Shown: one piece after another, positions 43,289 through 54,085 of the stretch
Layout of the letters: every line of letters starts with the position of its first letter
Numbering within the stretch: position 1 is the stretch's first letter
Virus record (IMG/VR): IMGVR_UViG_3300023174_000037
DNA: 64,000 bases
DNA from: a virus
Lineage: Duplodnaviria; Caudoviricetes
Reading direction: 5' to 3' (one strand)
Notes under the pieces: model-generated
Told to the model about the DNA's origin: nothing
The model's database searches: none
The model's input: only the letters and a program-made list of their open reading frames with translations
Translations under genes and position numbers: made by a program

Positions 43289-45946
43289 TTACCATTCAAA
43301 CAATGTTTGGAAAGTATTTTCTGTGTTAGTAGCACTGGCCAAGTCCCACTCCAACACACCTAACAAGTTATCTAATTTTTGATCTACAACCGTGGCTTCC
43401 ATTTCAGAATGATCAAAAGGTAGATCTTTAAACCATTGCGGTATATGAGTTTCGTCTGTGGGATAACCTATGCTGGTCCATCCTAGTGGATTACTTTTGA
43501 GTTTGCATACAATGGTTTTCATTCCATCCACGATCTGCATTGAATATTTGTCGCCGTTCATCCTACGCAAATTATTCCAATTAAGTGCAGCTCGCACATG
43601 CCCAGGCATGTTGGCTTTGCCTAGTCGTTCTTCTTCCTTGCCATACTTGGTCAAGTTGTTGACACGTTTAGGACTGCCTTTTTCCCAGCCTGGACGTTCT
43701 TTAAAAATGTATTTGAACTCTCGAATTTTTTCAATAATCTGGTCACGACTTGCGCCTACCAACACTTCGTTAAGAATTTCGCTTAAGAAATCTTGAATGA
43801 CCTTGGGAGTGTCACTGCGTTTTAGATCAAGACCCATGGCTTTTACTTTACCAGGACTTCCGTGTGTGTCTACACGTTTGTTCTCTTTGTCATAATACAT
43901 GACAGCATAACGCTTTTTAGTAATAAACAAGCCCTTGCTGGCCACAATCTCTCGCCCACCTTTGATCACTGACCCCATTTCACGTGGCACGTGGAATGCA
44001 GTTTCCATAAAGCCAGGAAAGCTATCGTTGACTTGGTCAGCAATACTGTTATACAGTTGAACAGCAATTTCTCTGTTCCAGGTCATTTCACCTTTGTCAA
44101 TTGATTCTTTAAGCACAGGATAGGCAGTAAAGTAACACGAGTCTGTGTCACCATAGATAATACTTTCACCTACGTGATCGTACTTGCCAGTGATACATTC
44201 GTTTACATAGGCATCCATGTGCCGGGCAATGGCACGACCTGTCAAAGTAGTTGACTGTCCAATACGTTTATCAAAGAATCTACAACCGGGATTAAGAATA
44301 GCACCATACAACGAATTCAAGTTAATTTTCTTAACTAGTTGTCGCTTGTCCCAATATTCCTCGTCTTCTGGCGTCTTTGCTTCTTTTAGTTTGGCCTGCA
44401 TGTCTTTACGTTCGGCGTACCAACGTTTTAACAAGCCTGGGATAACTGCTTCCTTTTCAAAAGTAAAGATTGTGCCATTGGCACTGAGCATCCATGGCCG
44501 GTTACTATCAAATATGATTTTCCATACATCAGCGGCACTGTGAACCGATTCTTCTCCGTCTTTCCAATCAATGGTAATTTCTGTTCCAGGCTCAGTATTT
44601 ATAACTGCGGAATATTCTAAGCTACCAAATAATCCCTCCCATGCCGCAGCAAAACTTGATCCACTACGCATTTTGTCTTGAATATAATGGTCAGTCATTA
44701 CGGGACGTAACTGTCCAACAATAGTTTCTGGTCCCATGTTAAGCGCACGAATGGCACTTGGATACAATGAGTTGATGTCTATTGATCCTACATATTCGTG
44801 GATGCCTTTGCGAGGATAAGCAACATAGGCACCTGCCGCTTGTGTGTCTTCGTCTGAGTAACGTTCTTTACGGTTCGGCACAACCATGCCACGTTCGTGC
44901 GCTTCATTGATAATGGCCTGTTCGGTTACGGCTACAGCACCCATTGTGGTCTGTAGTAGCACAGTATTTTCATGTGCCAGTGTATTAGCTAGATCCAAGA
45001 ACTTTAGTTTCTTGTCCAGCTTGGCAAGAATCATTGTGTCTTGACGGTTGTATTCAATAAACTTTTTGAAATTTTGATTATACAGTTGATCCAATGTGCC
45101 TTCGAACACTGTCTTGGTTTCTTGCAGTTCGTATTCAGCAATGGCATCCAAGCTATAACTATGACGTTCTTCATAAGTATATTTGCGATACAGTTGCATA
45201 TAGTCCATATGCACACGACCAATCAAGTCATATGTTTCGTTTTCTGCACCAAAGCGTTCAAACATACGTTTCTTGGGATATTGATTCCACAGACAAAATC
45301 TGCGGGTGTCGTCCTTGCTGAGCACACGAGTGACACGATTTACTGTGTAGGGTATATCATAGCCCTCACTGTTCCATCCAGACAATGCGTCAGCATCTTC
45401 GATGAGATCTAAAAATGTTTTTAACATCTCATCTTCACGTTCAAACACAATGCAGTTTTCAAATTCTCGAGCAATTTCATCTGCGGTTTCGCGACTCATG
45501 TGTTTGGGCGGAACAACTAGTGTAACCATTTGCTCTAGCCATTGCAAATAGACACTAATAGCAGTAATAGCATTGAATGGGTCTGTGGTTGGCGAAAATC
45601 CACGTTCTGGATCAAAGTCCACTTCAATGTCAAAAAACGCTACATTCAGTTTTGGGCCATCTTGGCCTTTGTAGTTGTCTTCTAGGCAACGAAAAATTGG
45701 ATTAATATCGGATTCATACAGTTGTTTGCCACTCTGTATACGAATTTCTTTACGAAACTCTTTGTTGTTACGAGTGCTGAATCTGCTAACAGGTGTGCCG
45801 AATAGGCTTTGGAATTTACCACGAGGATCCTCGTAATAAAAAATGTAGTTGGCCGGATATTCCTGATAGACTCTGCGGCCATCCTTCCGTTCAACCACAT
45901 GAATACGATCGTGTTCACGATCAAATAGTGCATCTACGTAACTCAA
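43289..45946 (-). CDS. Family B DNA polymerase (T4 gp43-like)
   Basis: FDIEV exonuclease motif, DINSLYPS, KINLNSLYG, YGDTDS and KKRYA. Confidence 0.97.
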   Translation of the reverse strand: MSYVDALFDREHDRIHVVERKDGRRVYQEYPANYIFYYEDPRGKFQSLFGTPVSRFSTRNNKEFRKEIRIQSGKQLYESDINPIFRCLEDNYKGQDGPKLNVAFFDIEVDFDPERGFSPTTDPFNAITAISVYLQWLEQMVTLVVPPKHMSRETADEIAREFENCIVFEREDEMLKTFLDLIEDADALSGWNSEGYDIPYTVNRVTRVLSKDDTRRFCLWNQYPKKRMFERFGAENETYDLIGRVHMDYMQLYRKYTYEERHSYSLDAIAEYELQETKTVFEGTLDQLYNQNFKKFIEYNRQDTMILAKLDKKLKFLDLANTLAHENTVLLQTTMGAVAVTEQAIINEAHERGMVVPNRKERYSDEDTQAAGAYVAYPRKGIHEYVGSIDINSLYPSAIRALNMGPETIVGQLRPVMTDHYIQDKMRSGSSFAAAWEGLFGSLEYSAVINTEPGTEITIDWKDGEESVHSAADVWKIIFDSNRPWMLSANGTIFTFEKEAVIPGLLKRWYAERKDMQAKLKEAKTPEDEEYWDKRQLVKKINLNSLYGAILNPGCRFFDKRIGQSTTLTGRAIARHMDAYVNECITGKYDHVGESIIYGDTDSCYFTAYPVLKESIDKGEMTWNREIAVQLYNSIADQVNDSFPGFMETAFHVPREMGSVIKGGREIVASKGLFITKKRYAVMYYDKENKRVDTHGSPGKVKAMGLDLKRSDTPKVIQDFLSEILNEVLVGASRDQIIEKIREFKYIFKERPGWEKGSPKRVNNLTKYGKEEERLGKANMPGHVRAALNWNNLRRMNGDKYSMQIVDGMKTIVCKLKSNPLGWTSIGYPTDETHIPQWFKDLPFDHSEMEATVVDQKLDNLLGVLEWDLASATNTENTFQTLFEW

Positions 45947-46024
45947 ATTTTTCTCCGTTTATGACCGGTTAGCCATGATTCATGTTCGTAACGTGAACGA
46001 CTCGATTGTTGTTGAAAACAATAT

Positions 46025-46288
46025 TTATAGTGTCTTGCCCACGCTGGTTAGAATTGTTTCTAACAATTCATGGTCCTGTTGTTCTCGGCCAAATTCAGCC
46101 TTGTGTGCCAGTTTGATAGCTTTCTTAAGGATATTGGGTTTGATATCCATTTCTTCGGCAATGGCCTTGACTGTGTCGTTGAGTCCGCCGGTTAAGGTTT
46201 CAATTTCCATCATGACCTGCATGCCTTCGTTGATCACTTGGGTAAGTTTGGCCTGTTCGGTACCGCTAAAAGTTCTGCTGTTAGACAT
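46025..46288 (-). CDS. Small helical DNA-binding-like protein (DsbA/DUF2312-like)
   Basis: AIAEEMDIKPNILKKAIKLAH helix pattern. Confidence 0.55.
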   Translation of the reverse strand: MSNSRTFSGTEQAKLTQVINEGMQVMMEIETLTGGLNDTVKAIAEEMDIKPNILKKAIKLAHKAEFGREQQDHELLETILTSVGKTL

Positions 46289-47062
46289 TTAAATCTCCTT
46301 TGAATGTTGATTATATACTAATTTTACACTGTGGTCAATAAAAAATTCATCAAATGATTGCCAAATTTGATCTAACGGTACGGCGTAACCTTGATCATAA
46401 TTTTTTACGTTGTAGGTTATTGGAATAACATTATTCTTATTCAACTGTGAAATTAAGTTTGGAAAGAACTTTTGGACAATATCCCGATTACAAATTGGTG
46501 GACTACATAAATTTTGATATTTAATTCCGCAATCAAGCGAGGTAATAATGTCAGTGGCTAGTCTATTTAATGGATACCACTGTATATAAGAATCTAAACA
46601 AATTTTGTCTAACCAAATTTGTGCCTTAAGATCGTAAAGTATATTTTTGTTCATTAACCGGTCTGACAAACTAGATAATCGTGTTATATAACTGTTAGGC
46701 ATGGCACTGATAGCCTGCTCTAACAACCAACGATTGCGACCATAACTGGCAACAGGGTAAACTAAATGCGGGTTAGCATCTGTGCTGGTTCTGGTTGAAT
46801 AAACATCCAGGGTGCTGATATACACTACTTGATTATACTTGCATTGTTCTAGTAATTTGATAATCTGTTGACAGTCATTTAAGTCTTTAGATGGGTCTTC
46901 TGTAACTGAGATTCTATTGCCTGTTGGTGCAGCAACAATTACAACATCTGATGGCTGTTCTATCAGGGCATTAGATTCATTTCGATTGTAGATAATGCTA
47001 TTGGGCAATTGTCGATGTAACGCCTGGCCAACTAGTCCCGAACCAATAATAGAATATTTCAT
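46289..47062 (-). CDS. NAD(P)-binding epimerase-like protein
   Basis: IGSGLVG, IST.DVY and YG.NR motifs. Confidence 0.7.
   Translation of the reverse strand: MKYSIIGSGLVGQALHRQLPNSIIYNRNESNALIEQPSDVVIVAAPTGNRISVTEDPSKDLNDCQQIIKLLEQCKYNQVVYISTLDVYSTRTSTDANPHLVYPVASYGRNRWLLEQAISAMPNSYITRLSSLSDRLMNKNILYDLKAQIWLDKICLDSYIQWYPLNRLATDIITSLDCGIKYQNLCSPPICNRDIVQKFFPNLISQLNKNNVIPITYNVKNYDQGYAVPLDQIWQSFDEFFIDHSVKLVYNQHSKEI
46310..46338 (-). promoter_or_regulatory. sigma70 promoter upstream of the replication genes
   Basis: TTGACC-17 nt-TATAAT. Confidence 0.75.
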
Positions 47063-47616
47063 AGGTAAGCTACTAGTATATCATCTATAGGATTCACCAC
47101 TCCAAAACTTGTACCACCGTCTAAGTATGTAATTTTATAGTTTGGATTAATTTCAAGTATTCGATCCACAATTGATTGCTTAGAAAGAAAGTTCCATGAC
47201 TCTGTATCAAACAAACGACAATCATCAATAAAAATAACATGATCCTTCCTAGGCGATAACGCAATAGCATCTAGCTCTTGAATCAATGGATTAGGCCCGT
47301 ATACATTGCTACCGGGTGTGTGTAAAGAAAAGCTACGATGTGCATCTAACCAAAATGTGCATCTTGCTGTTATTTTCTGTAAAATTTTTTGTAATACATC
47401 AGGACTGTCCCCGCAATGTATTTTTATGCAATCATTGTGTTTAAATCGTTGCTGGCACTGTTTAAATAACTGATAATTTATTTCAATGCTATGTATTGTC
47501 TGGAATCCAAAATCCATTGCAACTGCTACAGTATCGCCATGATATGTTCCTGTTTCTATAAACACGGTAGTTGAGCCTGAATATGTGTTGAGATAAAAAG
47601 TATTTAACTGTCCCAT
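47059..47616 (-). CDS. Class I SAM-dependent methyltransferase-like protein
   Basis: FIETGTYHGDT, SIE, GDS, FWLDAH and IDD motifs. Confidence 0.75.
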   Translation of the reverse strand: MGQLNTFYLNTYSGSTTVFIETGTYHGDTVAVAMDFGFQTIHSIEINYQLFKQCQQRFKHNDCIKIHCGDSPDVLQKILQKITARCTFWLDAHRSFSLHTPGSNVYGPNPLIQELDAIALSPRKDHVIFIDDCRLFDTESWNFLSKQSIVDRILEINPNYKITYLDGGTSFGVVNPIDDILVAYL

Positions 47617-48731
47617 TAGATAAATCTTTGTAGTATTATTTCTGCTGTGTGTTGATTATGCTCCTTACACCGACGCTCAAACTCGCCAGACCATATTATG
47701 TCGGCATTATGTTTTGAACTTTCTTGTGTCATGTCATTGATGTCAGATATTGAATAATTTTTTAAATCAATTATTGTATCAATCATACTGGATAAGCGAG
47801 ACAAGTTTCCAGGATCTTGGTCCCAAGACAGATCAATACTGCCGTAGTCAAACTTTAGACCAAGTTTAGTAAGTTGTCCGTAGAAATCAAACTGCCCTAC
47901 TGATATAAAAGGGGTTTGAGACAATAGACATTTAAAAGTTTTTTCACTGACATGCGGCCCAGGGCGAATAGAAGTAATTCCATTGTGAGACATTTGGCTA
48001 TAAGGATAACTTTCGTTGTTTAAATGTATAGCAGAATCTAAATAAAATGGTTGCCATGGGATGCTGTTTCTTCTTTGATAATTATGCGTATTATTAGTGA
48101 ACTCATCAACTAGTATTTCGTGCCCGTAATACTTTTCAAAAAAGATTTTAGACAAATTGTCTAATTTTTCTACTCCAGTTGGTTGCCCGTGATGAATATT
48201 TTTTTCCTCCATCCAGGTTCCTAATTTAACCAATAGATCTTCACGATCAAAGTTTTCTAACAAGGCGGTAGTTACTAGTAATTTACTTTGTGTGATACGA
48301 TTACAAATAGCACTTATTTTATATTTTAAATTTCTATTTTGTCTGTTAGGAAACCAATCCATCATTTGACGCAGATGTATATGCCAACTGTAAAAATTAA
48401 AAAAATGCACATTGTCGGGCCACGGAAAATCATAATCAGATCCATCAGCCAAAACAATAATAGGTTGTGTTATTTTTTTACATTGATCGAGCAACCAAAC
48501 ACAGTCTACTGCTTCGGAATGAAAAGACACAACATAAAGATTGTGTCCAGTAGGCAACTCTATTGAGTCAACATTGGCACTGGGCCACCTTACCCATAGT
48601 GCAAAGTAAGTGTCTTTTGGTAAATCTTGAAACCACTGGTAATCTTTCCAAAGTGTTGGAAAGGGCTGTGTTCCTATCAATGTTCCGGGTGCAATTTCCT
48701 CTTTTTCTGGAGGCAACGTACGATATGTCAT
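47616..48731 (-). CDS. Hypothetical protein (possible glycosyltransferase-like C-terminus)
   Basis: ORF track; NNES..SEKTFK motif. Confidence 0.6.
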   Translation of the reverse strand: MTYRTLPPEKEEIAPGTLIGTQPFPTLWKDYQWFQDLPKDTYFALWVRWPSANVDSIELPTGHNLYVVSFHSEAVDCVWLLDQCKKITQPIIVLADGSDYDFPWPDNVHFFNFYSWHIHLRQMMDWFPNRQNRNLKYKISAICNRITQSKLLVTTALLENFDREDLLVKLGTWMEEKNIHHGQPTGVEKLDNLSKIFFEKYYGHEILVDEFTNNTHNYQRRNSIPWQPFYLDSAIHLNNESYPYSQMSHNGITSIRPGPHVSEKTFKCLLSQTPFISVGQFDFYGQLTKLGLKFDYGSIDLSWDQDPGNLSRLSSMIDTIIDLKNYSISDINDMTQESSKHNADIIWSGEFERRCKEHNQHTAEIILQRFI

Positions 48732-49048
48732 ATGTTTTATATATCATTAAACTTTGACGGGTGGTATTAAATGCTCACTTCAAGATACCATTCCGGGGCA
48801 CGACTCCCATAATATCTAGCCCAGCAGCCGGGCACACCTGAAGTAACGCTAACGTTCCTAAGGTAGGTGTTCTATTCTTTTGGAGGACAACAGTAAGATG
48901 GATCACACCAATCAGTTTGAGCGATGTATCCAGCGTAGGCCACGCCACAAACATACATAGCCAATGCACAAATAATATTTTTATACAGGGCTGTAGGGGT
49001 TCTTTGTAGTGTCATAACCATCGTCCTCTGGGTATACTGGATAAGGGT

Positions 49049-49681
49049 TCATTTTCCATCCACGTGTAATTGACTGCCTTTGTTGAAGCTGGGGCTAAAT
49101 GGACTCTGTGCCACACGCCCACCTTTGCTTTGACTCCATGCATAACCAGCACGATGACCTGAACAGTCTTTGGTGCAGGTTGATCCTAAGAAACTGAGTT
49201 CGTTTAGATCATCTTTTAAAAATGTATCAGCAAAGGCTTTGCATAATTTTTCAATTTTGGGATTGCGAGTAATTTCTATGTGATACTGTTTACGTATGCG
49301 TTCCTGGCTAGGATCTTGATAGCCGGCATAAACTTTATGAACACCAACATCGTCAACAAGATCACTACAGTTAATGCCCGCACGTTCGTCCATGTCCTGA
49401 GTGCATGGGCTACAAGTTGTGATAATAATGCTACCAGCAGGAATCTCGCCAAAGCGGGCATAGTAACTGTCTATGGCTGCACGTTCACCGTGAACACGCT
49501 TGCCATCTTTGGTAGGATAATTGATGCCTACTACACAATTGTTATCAGGATCTAACACTGCGGCTGCTACCATACCTAGGTCTTGATCTTTTTGTTGGCC
49601 TTGAATGACCATTTCGCAAAGACGCACTAGAATTTGATCTAGCTTGTTGTGATTGCTAATTTGAAAATCTGATATCTTCAT
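49049..49681 (-). CDS. Zn-dependent cytidine/dCMP-deaminase-like domain plus small Cys module
   Basis: HGE and SPC...C motifs; C-terminal CTKDCSGH after an LNE linker. Confidence 0.7.
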   Translation of the reverse strand: MKISDFQISNHNKLDQILVRLCEMVIQGQQKDQDLGMVAAAVLDPDNNCVVGINYPTKDGKRVHGERAAIDSYYARFGEIPAGSIIITTCSPCTQDMDERAGINCSDLVDDVGVHKVYAGYQDPSQERIRKQYHIEITRNPKIEKLCKAFADTFLKDDLNELSFLGSTCTKDCSGHRAGYAWSQSKGGRVAQSPFSPSFNKGSQLHVDGK

Positions 49682-52600
49682 TAGGCACCAAGAATTTGTC
49701 GAACTTGATTGACATAAGCACTGACATCACTGGTGCCAATTTCATCTACGTCACCCACATTGTAGGCCACTTCCTCTGCGGCCTGCATGACCTTGTCGGG
49801 ACCAAACTTCATCAACAGGTCTGTGTGTGCAACCATGATACGATTTAAGATAGCACGTTCAACTGCTTCACTGGCAGTGCTGGATTCTTCTCTAACAGGA
49901 TCTTTTAGCTTGCCGTAACGTGCTTCTAAATCTTTAAGAGCTTGTTTAATAATTTGTTTGTTGGCTGGATTAGAATCAACTGCCATCATACGGAATAACT
50001 TGTCGCGTTGATCCAAATACTCTTTGCGTGTAGTGGGTTCTTTCATCAAGCCTTCCGCCACACCTTGGTCTTTGTGTTTCTTAACGTCATTGGCAAATTG
50101 TTTTTTGGTTGCCTTTATGATTCCTGCAAAACGTTTGTCACCACGCTCAAAGTTGCCTGCTTTGTCGGCAGCACCAGCATCAAGTGCTGCGGCCTGTTTG
50201 TATTGACTTAATTTTTCATTGCTTAATTCATTTACAGTAGGGTTAGCACCGGTCAAGCTCACAGTCCACTTCTTACCGCTTGTAGCAGATTTCTTTTCTG
50301 CCCAACGACGCATGCCGTTTAGGTAAGCACGTTCTTCGGCACTGTCGGCGTAGCCTTTGCCTGGCACAACTTTCCAAACTTTACCGTTGATGGCAATGGC
50401 AATGTTGTTTCGCTCGTGACCTAGTTCGTGTTGCAGTTCTTTGCGTTTGAACTCACGACGCTCGTGATCACCTAGGCCTTCGCCCATTTCCATGTCCTTA
50501 CGATCTTTAGCACGTTTACGAGCATAGTCAGTCTGTGGATTCTTGGGTACGGGTTTAACCGGACGGCCAGCATCTACGTCACGCTCGCGTTGACGACGTT
50601 TTTGATAATCTGTCTGTGCTTCCGCCATACCTTTTGGTTTTTTGTGATGCTTCTTCATGTTGATAGCAATGGCCGCCTGCTGTGCTGGATTGGCAGCTTC
50701 GTCCAGTTGATCATCTGAGAAAGCCATAAAGTCATATGGTCCCCAGGGTTGGCCTGTGCGACCGTCATTGCCATCTAGATCACCATGCTCATAGTAGTCG
50801 TCACTGTAGATTTCTACACCGTCAAAGTCACTATTGTAATCAATATGTAGTTTACGTGTGACACCGTCGGGACAAACAATGCCACGATTCAGCAGGCGCT
50901 CTACGTCTTCTTTGCTCTTGATTCCTTTTTGCAAACTGCCAGTGTTGAATGTGCCATTGTACCAAGCACTGGCTAAAGCCTGGAAGTAATTGCCTGAGCC
51001 ACTTCCACCTGCAGGGGCAAATTCTTTTAAAGAGTTGCTTTTTGCTTTGGCAGCCGCTTCACGCTTCTTGCGGAAGATCTCACGGAAGTAATCATCATCT
51101 TCTTCCGGGCTGTAAGGATATGGATTGTGGTCACTACTGGGTCGTTTACGAGGTATATCTCCAGGACGGTCGTAATCAATGCCCGGCAAATCTTCCGGTC
51201 TAGCTTCTTCAACTTTGCCGGCGTTACGAGCTTTCCATGCAGTGGCATAGGCAATAGCTTTATCTTTGTCACTTAACCGGCCGTCTTTGCTCAAACTCTT
51301 TTTAATATGCTTGACCATACGTTCAGCTTTGGCACCAGGAGGAGCCACTTCTGTTACACCTTTGGCCTTGGCTTCTCGATCCAAATCTAGTCTACGTTGT
51401 AGGACAGCCGCTTGGTCAACATCTTTGTTCATTGACAAATCTTGTAAGGCTTTGCGTTTGGCCGCATAATCACCTTGAGGATCCTTTGAATTTAGTGCTG
51501 TTTCGGCTACCCGGTGGTTTATGCTCTCACCACCACCGTCTCCGCCGCCGTCACCTGATTCGCCGCCTCCATAATATGCATAGCCAGGAAAGAAATAACC
51601 TCCCATTGCTTTTGAAGATTTTTTCTTTTTCTTTTTCTTGCCTTCTGCTACACCTTCATCATACCAATCATTTTCTTCCTCTTGGTCAGCGTAATCATTA
51701 TAAGCAACATCACTTAGGTGCATACTGTGTTTGCCGTGATTGTATAAGTCCACAATAACAAATGAGCCACTTGGACTGAAATCATATATCTCACCAGTCT
51801 TGCCTTCAAACTCATTGGGTGCTATTACCACAACTGGATCGCCACGTTGTAGGCGTTGGCCTTCGTTTATAGCTTCTGCTGCTCGTTTTAAACTCTGAAC
51901 AGGCGGTTGTGTTTCTGCATCGTTGTCTGGAAATAAGTCAACCACATTACCACCTCTCATGCTAGCGGGTGCTGGATTATTGTTAATACCTTGAACTTGT
52001 CTTGGTTGTGACAAACTCCGAGCCATTTGACTCATCGCATTGGATTTTGATTTAAATTGTTGCACAGGCTCAGCTGGTTCAGCTTTGGCTGCAGGTTGGG
52101 CTTGGGGTTCTGCATCTGCAGGAGCATTTGGAATTAAATTAATTGCTCGAGATTGCGATCTATCAGTAGTATCAGTGCCGTCGGACTGACCTTGTCCGCT
52201 CATTTGGCCAATGGTCTGTGCTAGTTTTGCATTGGTTTGTTCTACATTTGCTAGTTGTTGTTCCAGACGGTCGTTTTCATTATCTAAACTGCCAATTTCT
52301 TTGCCTTGTTTTCGATCCAGAGCCACTAGCTGTTGTAGCAGTCGATCTTGTTCGGTGTTGGCACCTTTGATAGCCGACAATTGTTGTTGGCTTCGCTCGT
52401 TGGAATCTATTTCACTTTTGGCCACAGCTTCCACATCGCTTCGCGCCGCAGGATATTGAGCACGAAGTTTTTGTAACTCTCTAGCAACTTTAACATCGCC
52501 AGCGGCTACATCCGAATTGGAGTTAAACTTTTTTTTTTCTTGTAGTGGCAGTTCGCCCTGGGTAGGAATGCCTGGAAGTTCGGGCTGGACTGCACTATGC

Positions 52601-53376
52601 CAACCTAATCGTTTCAAAGTGGTCACGACTTCATCTGCGCTGGGCAATACACGATAGATAAAATGATTTTTCATTTGATCATTTTCTAAGCCATCGTAAT
52701 AGTCGCTGATCAAGTCAAGGCCTTTTTTATCTAAATGAATGTTGTCTTTGGGGTTAGGAAATTCTAATGTAACACTAGGAATATTACCCATGTTGGCTTT
52801 AAGTAATCGTTGGAAGTTGCCTACACCAAATGCTCTAGGCGACTGTGGGTAATCTCCATATGGGCTTTTTTCTTCACGAAATGCTTCTGGTGGGTTTTCT
52901 TTGAGCATACGCTCAACTTGTGCAACATAAGCACTGACATCACTTGAACCAATTTCGTCAACATCGCCCACATAGTCGGCCACATTGTCAATGGCTGCAC
53001 CTACCAGTTCAGGACCGTATTGTTTTAATAAATCGTGACGTTGCATCAAAATACGACGAGTGATTGCGCTGGCCACTGGACTGTCGTGTTGCTCATCCAA
53101 CTTGCCTTTAGTTGTGCCCAGACTTCCTGTAGGGTCCATACCGGTGGCAGGATTAATTTTAAAGTAGCTGTCACGTTCGGCTTTGATCTTTTGAAATTGT
53201 TTCTTAAGTCCAGCCAATGCCGCAGGATTCTTTTTGTAAGCAGGTTCTTTGGCACTATCTAACAGTTCTAACATTCGCATGTTTAGGTCATCAATGCGGC
53301 GAGCTTCAAGGTTGTCTACTGCACCTTCTTTGAGTTCTCGTTCATATTTTGTGTTGAATAGGTCTAATGCAAACAT
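49681..53376 (-). CDS. Modular 1231-aa putative head-packaged polyprotein
   Basis: About 15 hydrophobic-x-E linkers; internally duplicated VGDVDEIG module; KOW-like and coiled-coil modules. Confidence 0.7.
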   Translation of the reverse strand: MFALDLFNTKYERELKEGAVDNLEARRIDDLNMRMLELLDSAKEPAYKKNPAALAGLKKQFQKIKAERDSYFKINPATGMDPTGSLGTTKGKLDEQHDSPVASAITRRILMQRHDLLKQYGPELVGAAIDNVADYVGDVDEIGSSDVSAYVAQVERMLKENPPEAFREEKSPYGDYPQSPRAFGVGNFQRLLKANMGNIPSVTLEFPNPKDNIHLDKKGLDLISDYYDGLENDQMKNHFIYRVLPSADEVVTTLKRLGWHSAVQPELPGIPTQGELPLQEKKKFNSNSDVAAGDVKVARELQKLRAQYPAARSDVEAVAKSEIDSNERSQQQLSAIKGANTEQDRLLQQLVALDRKQGKEIGSLDNENDRLEQQLANVEQTNAKLAQTIGQMSGQGQSDGTDTTDRSQSRAINLIPNAPADAEPQAQPAAKAEPAEPVQQFKSKSNAMSQMARSLSQPRQVQGINNNPAPASMRGGNVVDLFPDNDAETQPPVQSLKRAAEAINEGQRLQRGDPVVVIAPNEFEGKTGEIYDFSPSGSFVIVDLYNHGKHSMHLSDVAYNDYADQEEENDWYDEGVAEGKKKKKKKSSKAMGGYFFPGYAYYGGGESGDGGGDGGGESINHRVAETALNSKDPQGDYAAKRKALQDLSMNKDVDQAAVLQRRLDLDREAKAKGVTEVAPPGAKAERMVKHIKKSLSKDGRLSDKDKAIAYATAWKARNAGKVEEARPEDLPGIDYDRPGDIPRKRPSSDHNPYPYSPEEDDDYFREIFRKKREAAAKAKSNSLKEFAPAGGSGSGNYFQALASAWYNGTFNTGSLQKGIKSKEDVERLLNRGIVCPDGVTRKLHIDYNSDFDGVEIYSDDYYEHGDLDGNDGRTGQPWGPYDFMAFSDDQLDEAANPAQQAAIAINMKKHHKKPKGMAEAQTDYQKRRQRERDVDAGRPVKPVPKNPQTDYARKRAKDRKDMEMGEGLGDHERREFKRKELQHELGHERNNIAIAINGKVWKVVPGKGYADSAEERAYLNGMRRWAEKKSATSGKKWTVSLTGANPTVNELSNEKLSQYKQAAALDAGAADKAGNFERGDKRFAGIIKATKKQFANDVKKHKDQGVAEGLMKEPTTRKEYLDQRDKLFRMMAVDSNPANKQIIKQALKDLEARYGKLKDPVREESSTASEAVERAILNRIMVAHTDLLMKFGPDKVMQAAEEVAYNVGDVDEIGTSDVSAYVNQVRQILGA

Positions 53377-53386
53377 TTATTTTTCC

Positions 53387-54082
53387 TTATGCTTCGTCAA
53401 TGTAATCTGCTGAGTCGTTGATCTTGCGACGACGTGCCGCGAACATTTCCAAGGCCATCTCAGCCTCATCTAAATTTTTAAAACGTGTGGGCAATCGACG
53501 ATTGCCGTGGCGGATTTCAAAGCCAGTTTTTTCGTTGCCGTGAACTTCAAACATGCCACATTCGTTGGTAATGACTTTAACTGCAGCTGATTCTTTCATA
53601 CTGACACCTTCTTCACCTGGTGGCTGTTGGGCAGGAACAACACCACTCAAGGCCGAGTCTAGTTCGCCTTCGGTTTCTTTGACTTTTTGTTGTTTGGCAA
53701 CAAGAGCACGGTCCACTGTGCTTTTTTCTTTTATATCAGTGTCTTCGTGCTTTTTGTCTTTGAGATCTGAATCTTGGCGAATTTCGTCAGTGACCGTTTT
53801 TAAATAGTCAGCAAATGAAGATTTAACTCGATCCAAAACATCTTCACTGGTAATGGCTTCCTCCAACGGCTCTTCGTCATTTTCGACACTTTCTTCGGCA
53901 CCACCGACTAGTTTGCCAGCCATGGGATTTTTAGGATCTGTTTTGGCTGTGAGCACTGCTACAGTTTTGGGTTTGAATGTAGGGCCAAGTTGGTTTACAC
54001 TTCGTTGATTCGTGTTTAATCCTTCTTCGATAACACGAAGACGTTCAACAATGGTGTATATACTGTTATGGTCGTGTGCCAT
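53387..54082 (-). CDS. Acidic hypothetical protein (possible head/scaffold-associated)
   Basis: ORF track; acidic with x-x-E linkers. Confidence 0.65.
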   Translation of the reverse strand: MAHDHNSIYTIVERLRVIEEGLNTNQRSVNQLGPTFKPKTVAVLTAKTDPKNPMAGKLVGGAEESVENDEEPLEEAITSEDVLDRVKSSFADYLKTVTDEIRQDSDLKDKKHEDTDIKEKSTVDRALVAKQQKVKETEGELDSALSGVVPAQQPPGEEGVSMKESAAVKVITNECGMFEVHGNEKTGFEIRHGNRRLPTRFKNLDEAEMALEMFAARRRKINDSADYIDEA

Positions 54083-54085
54083 AGA

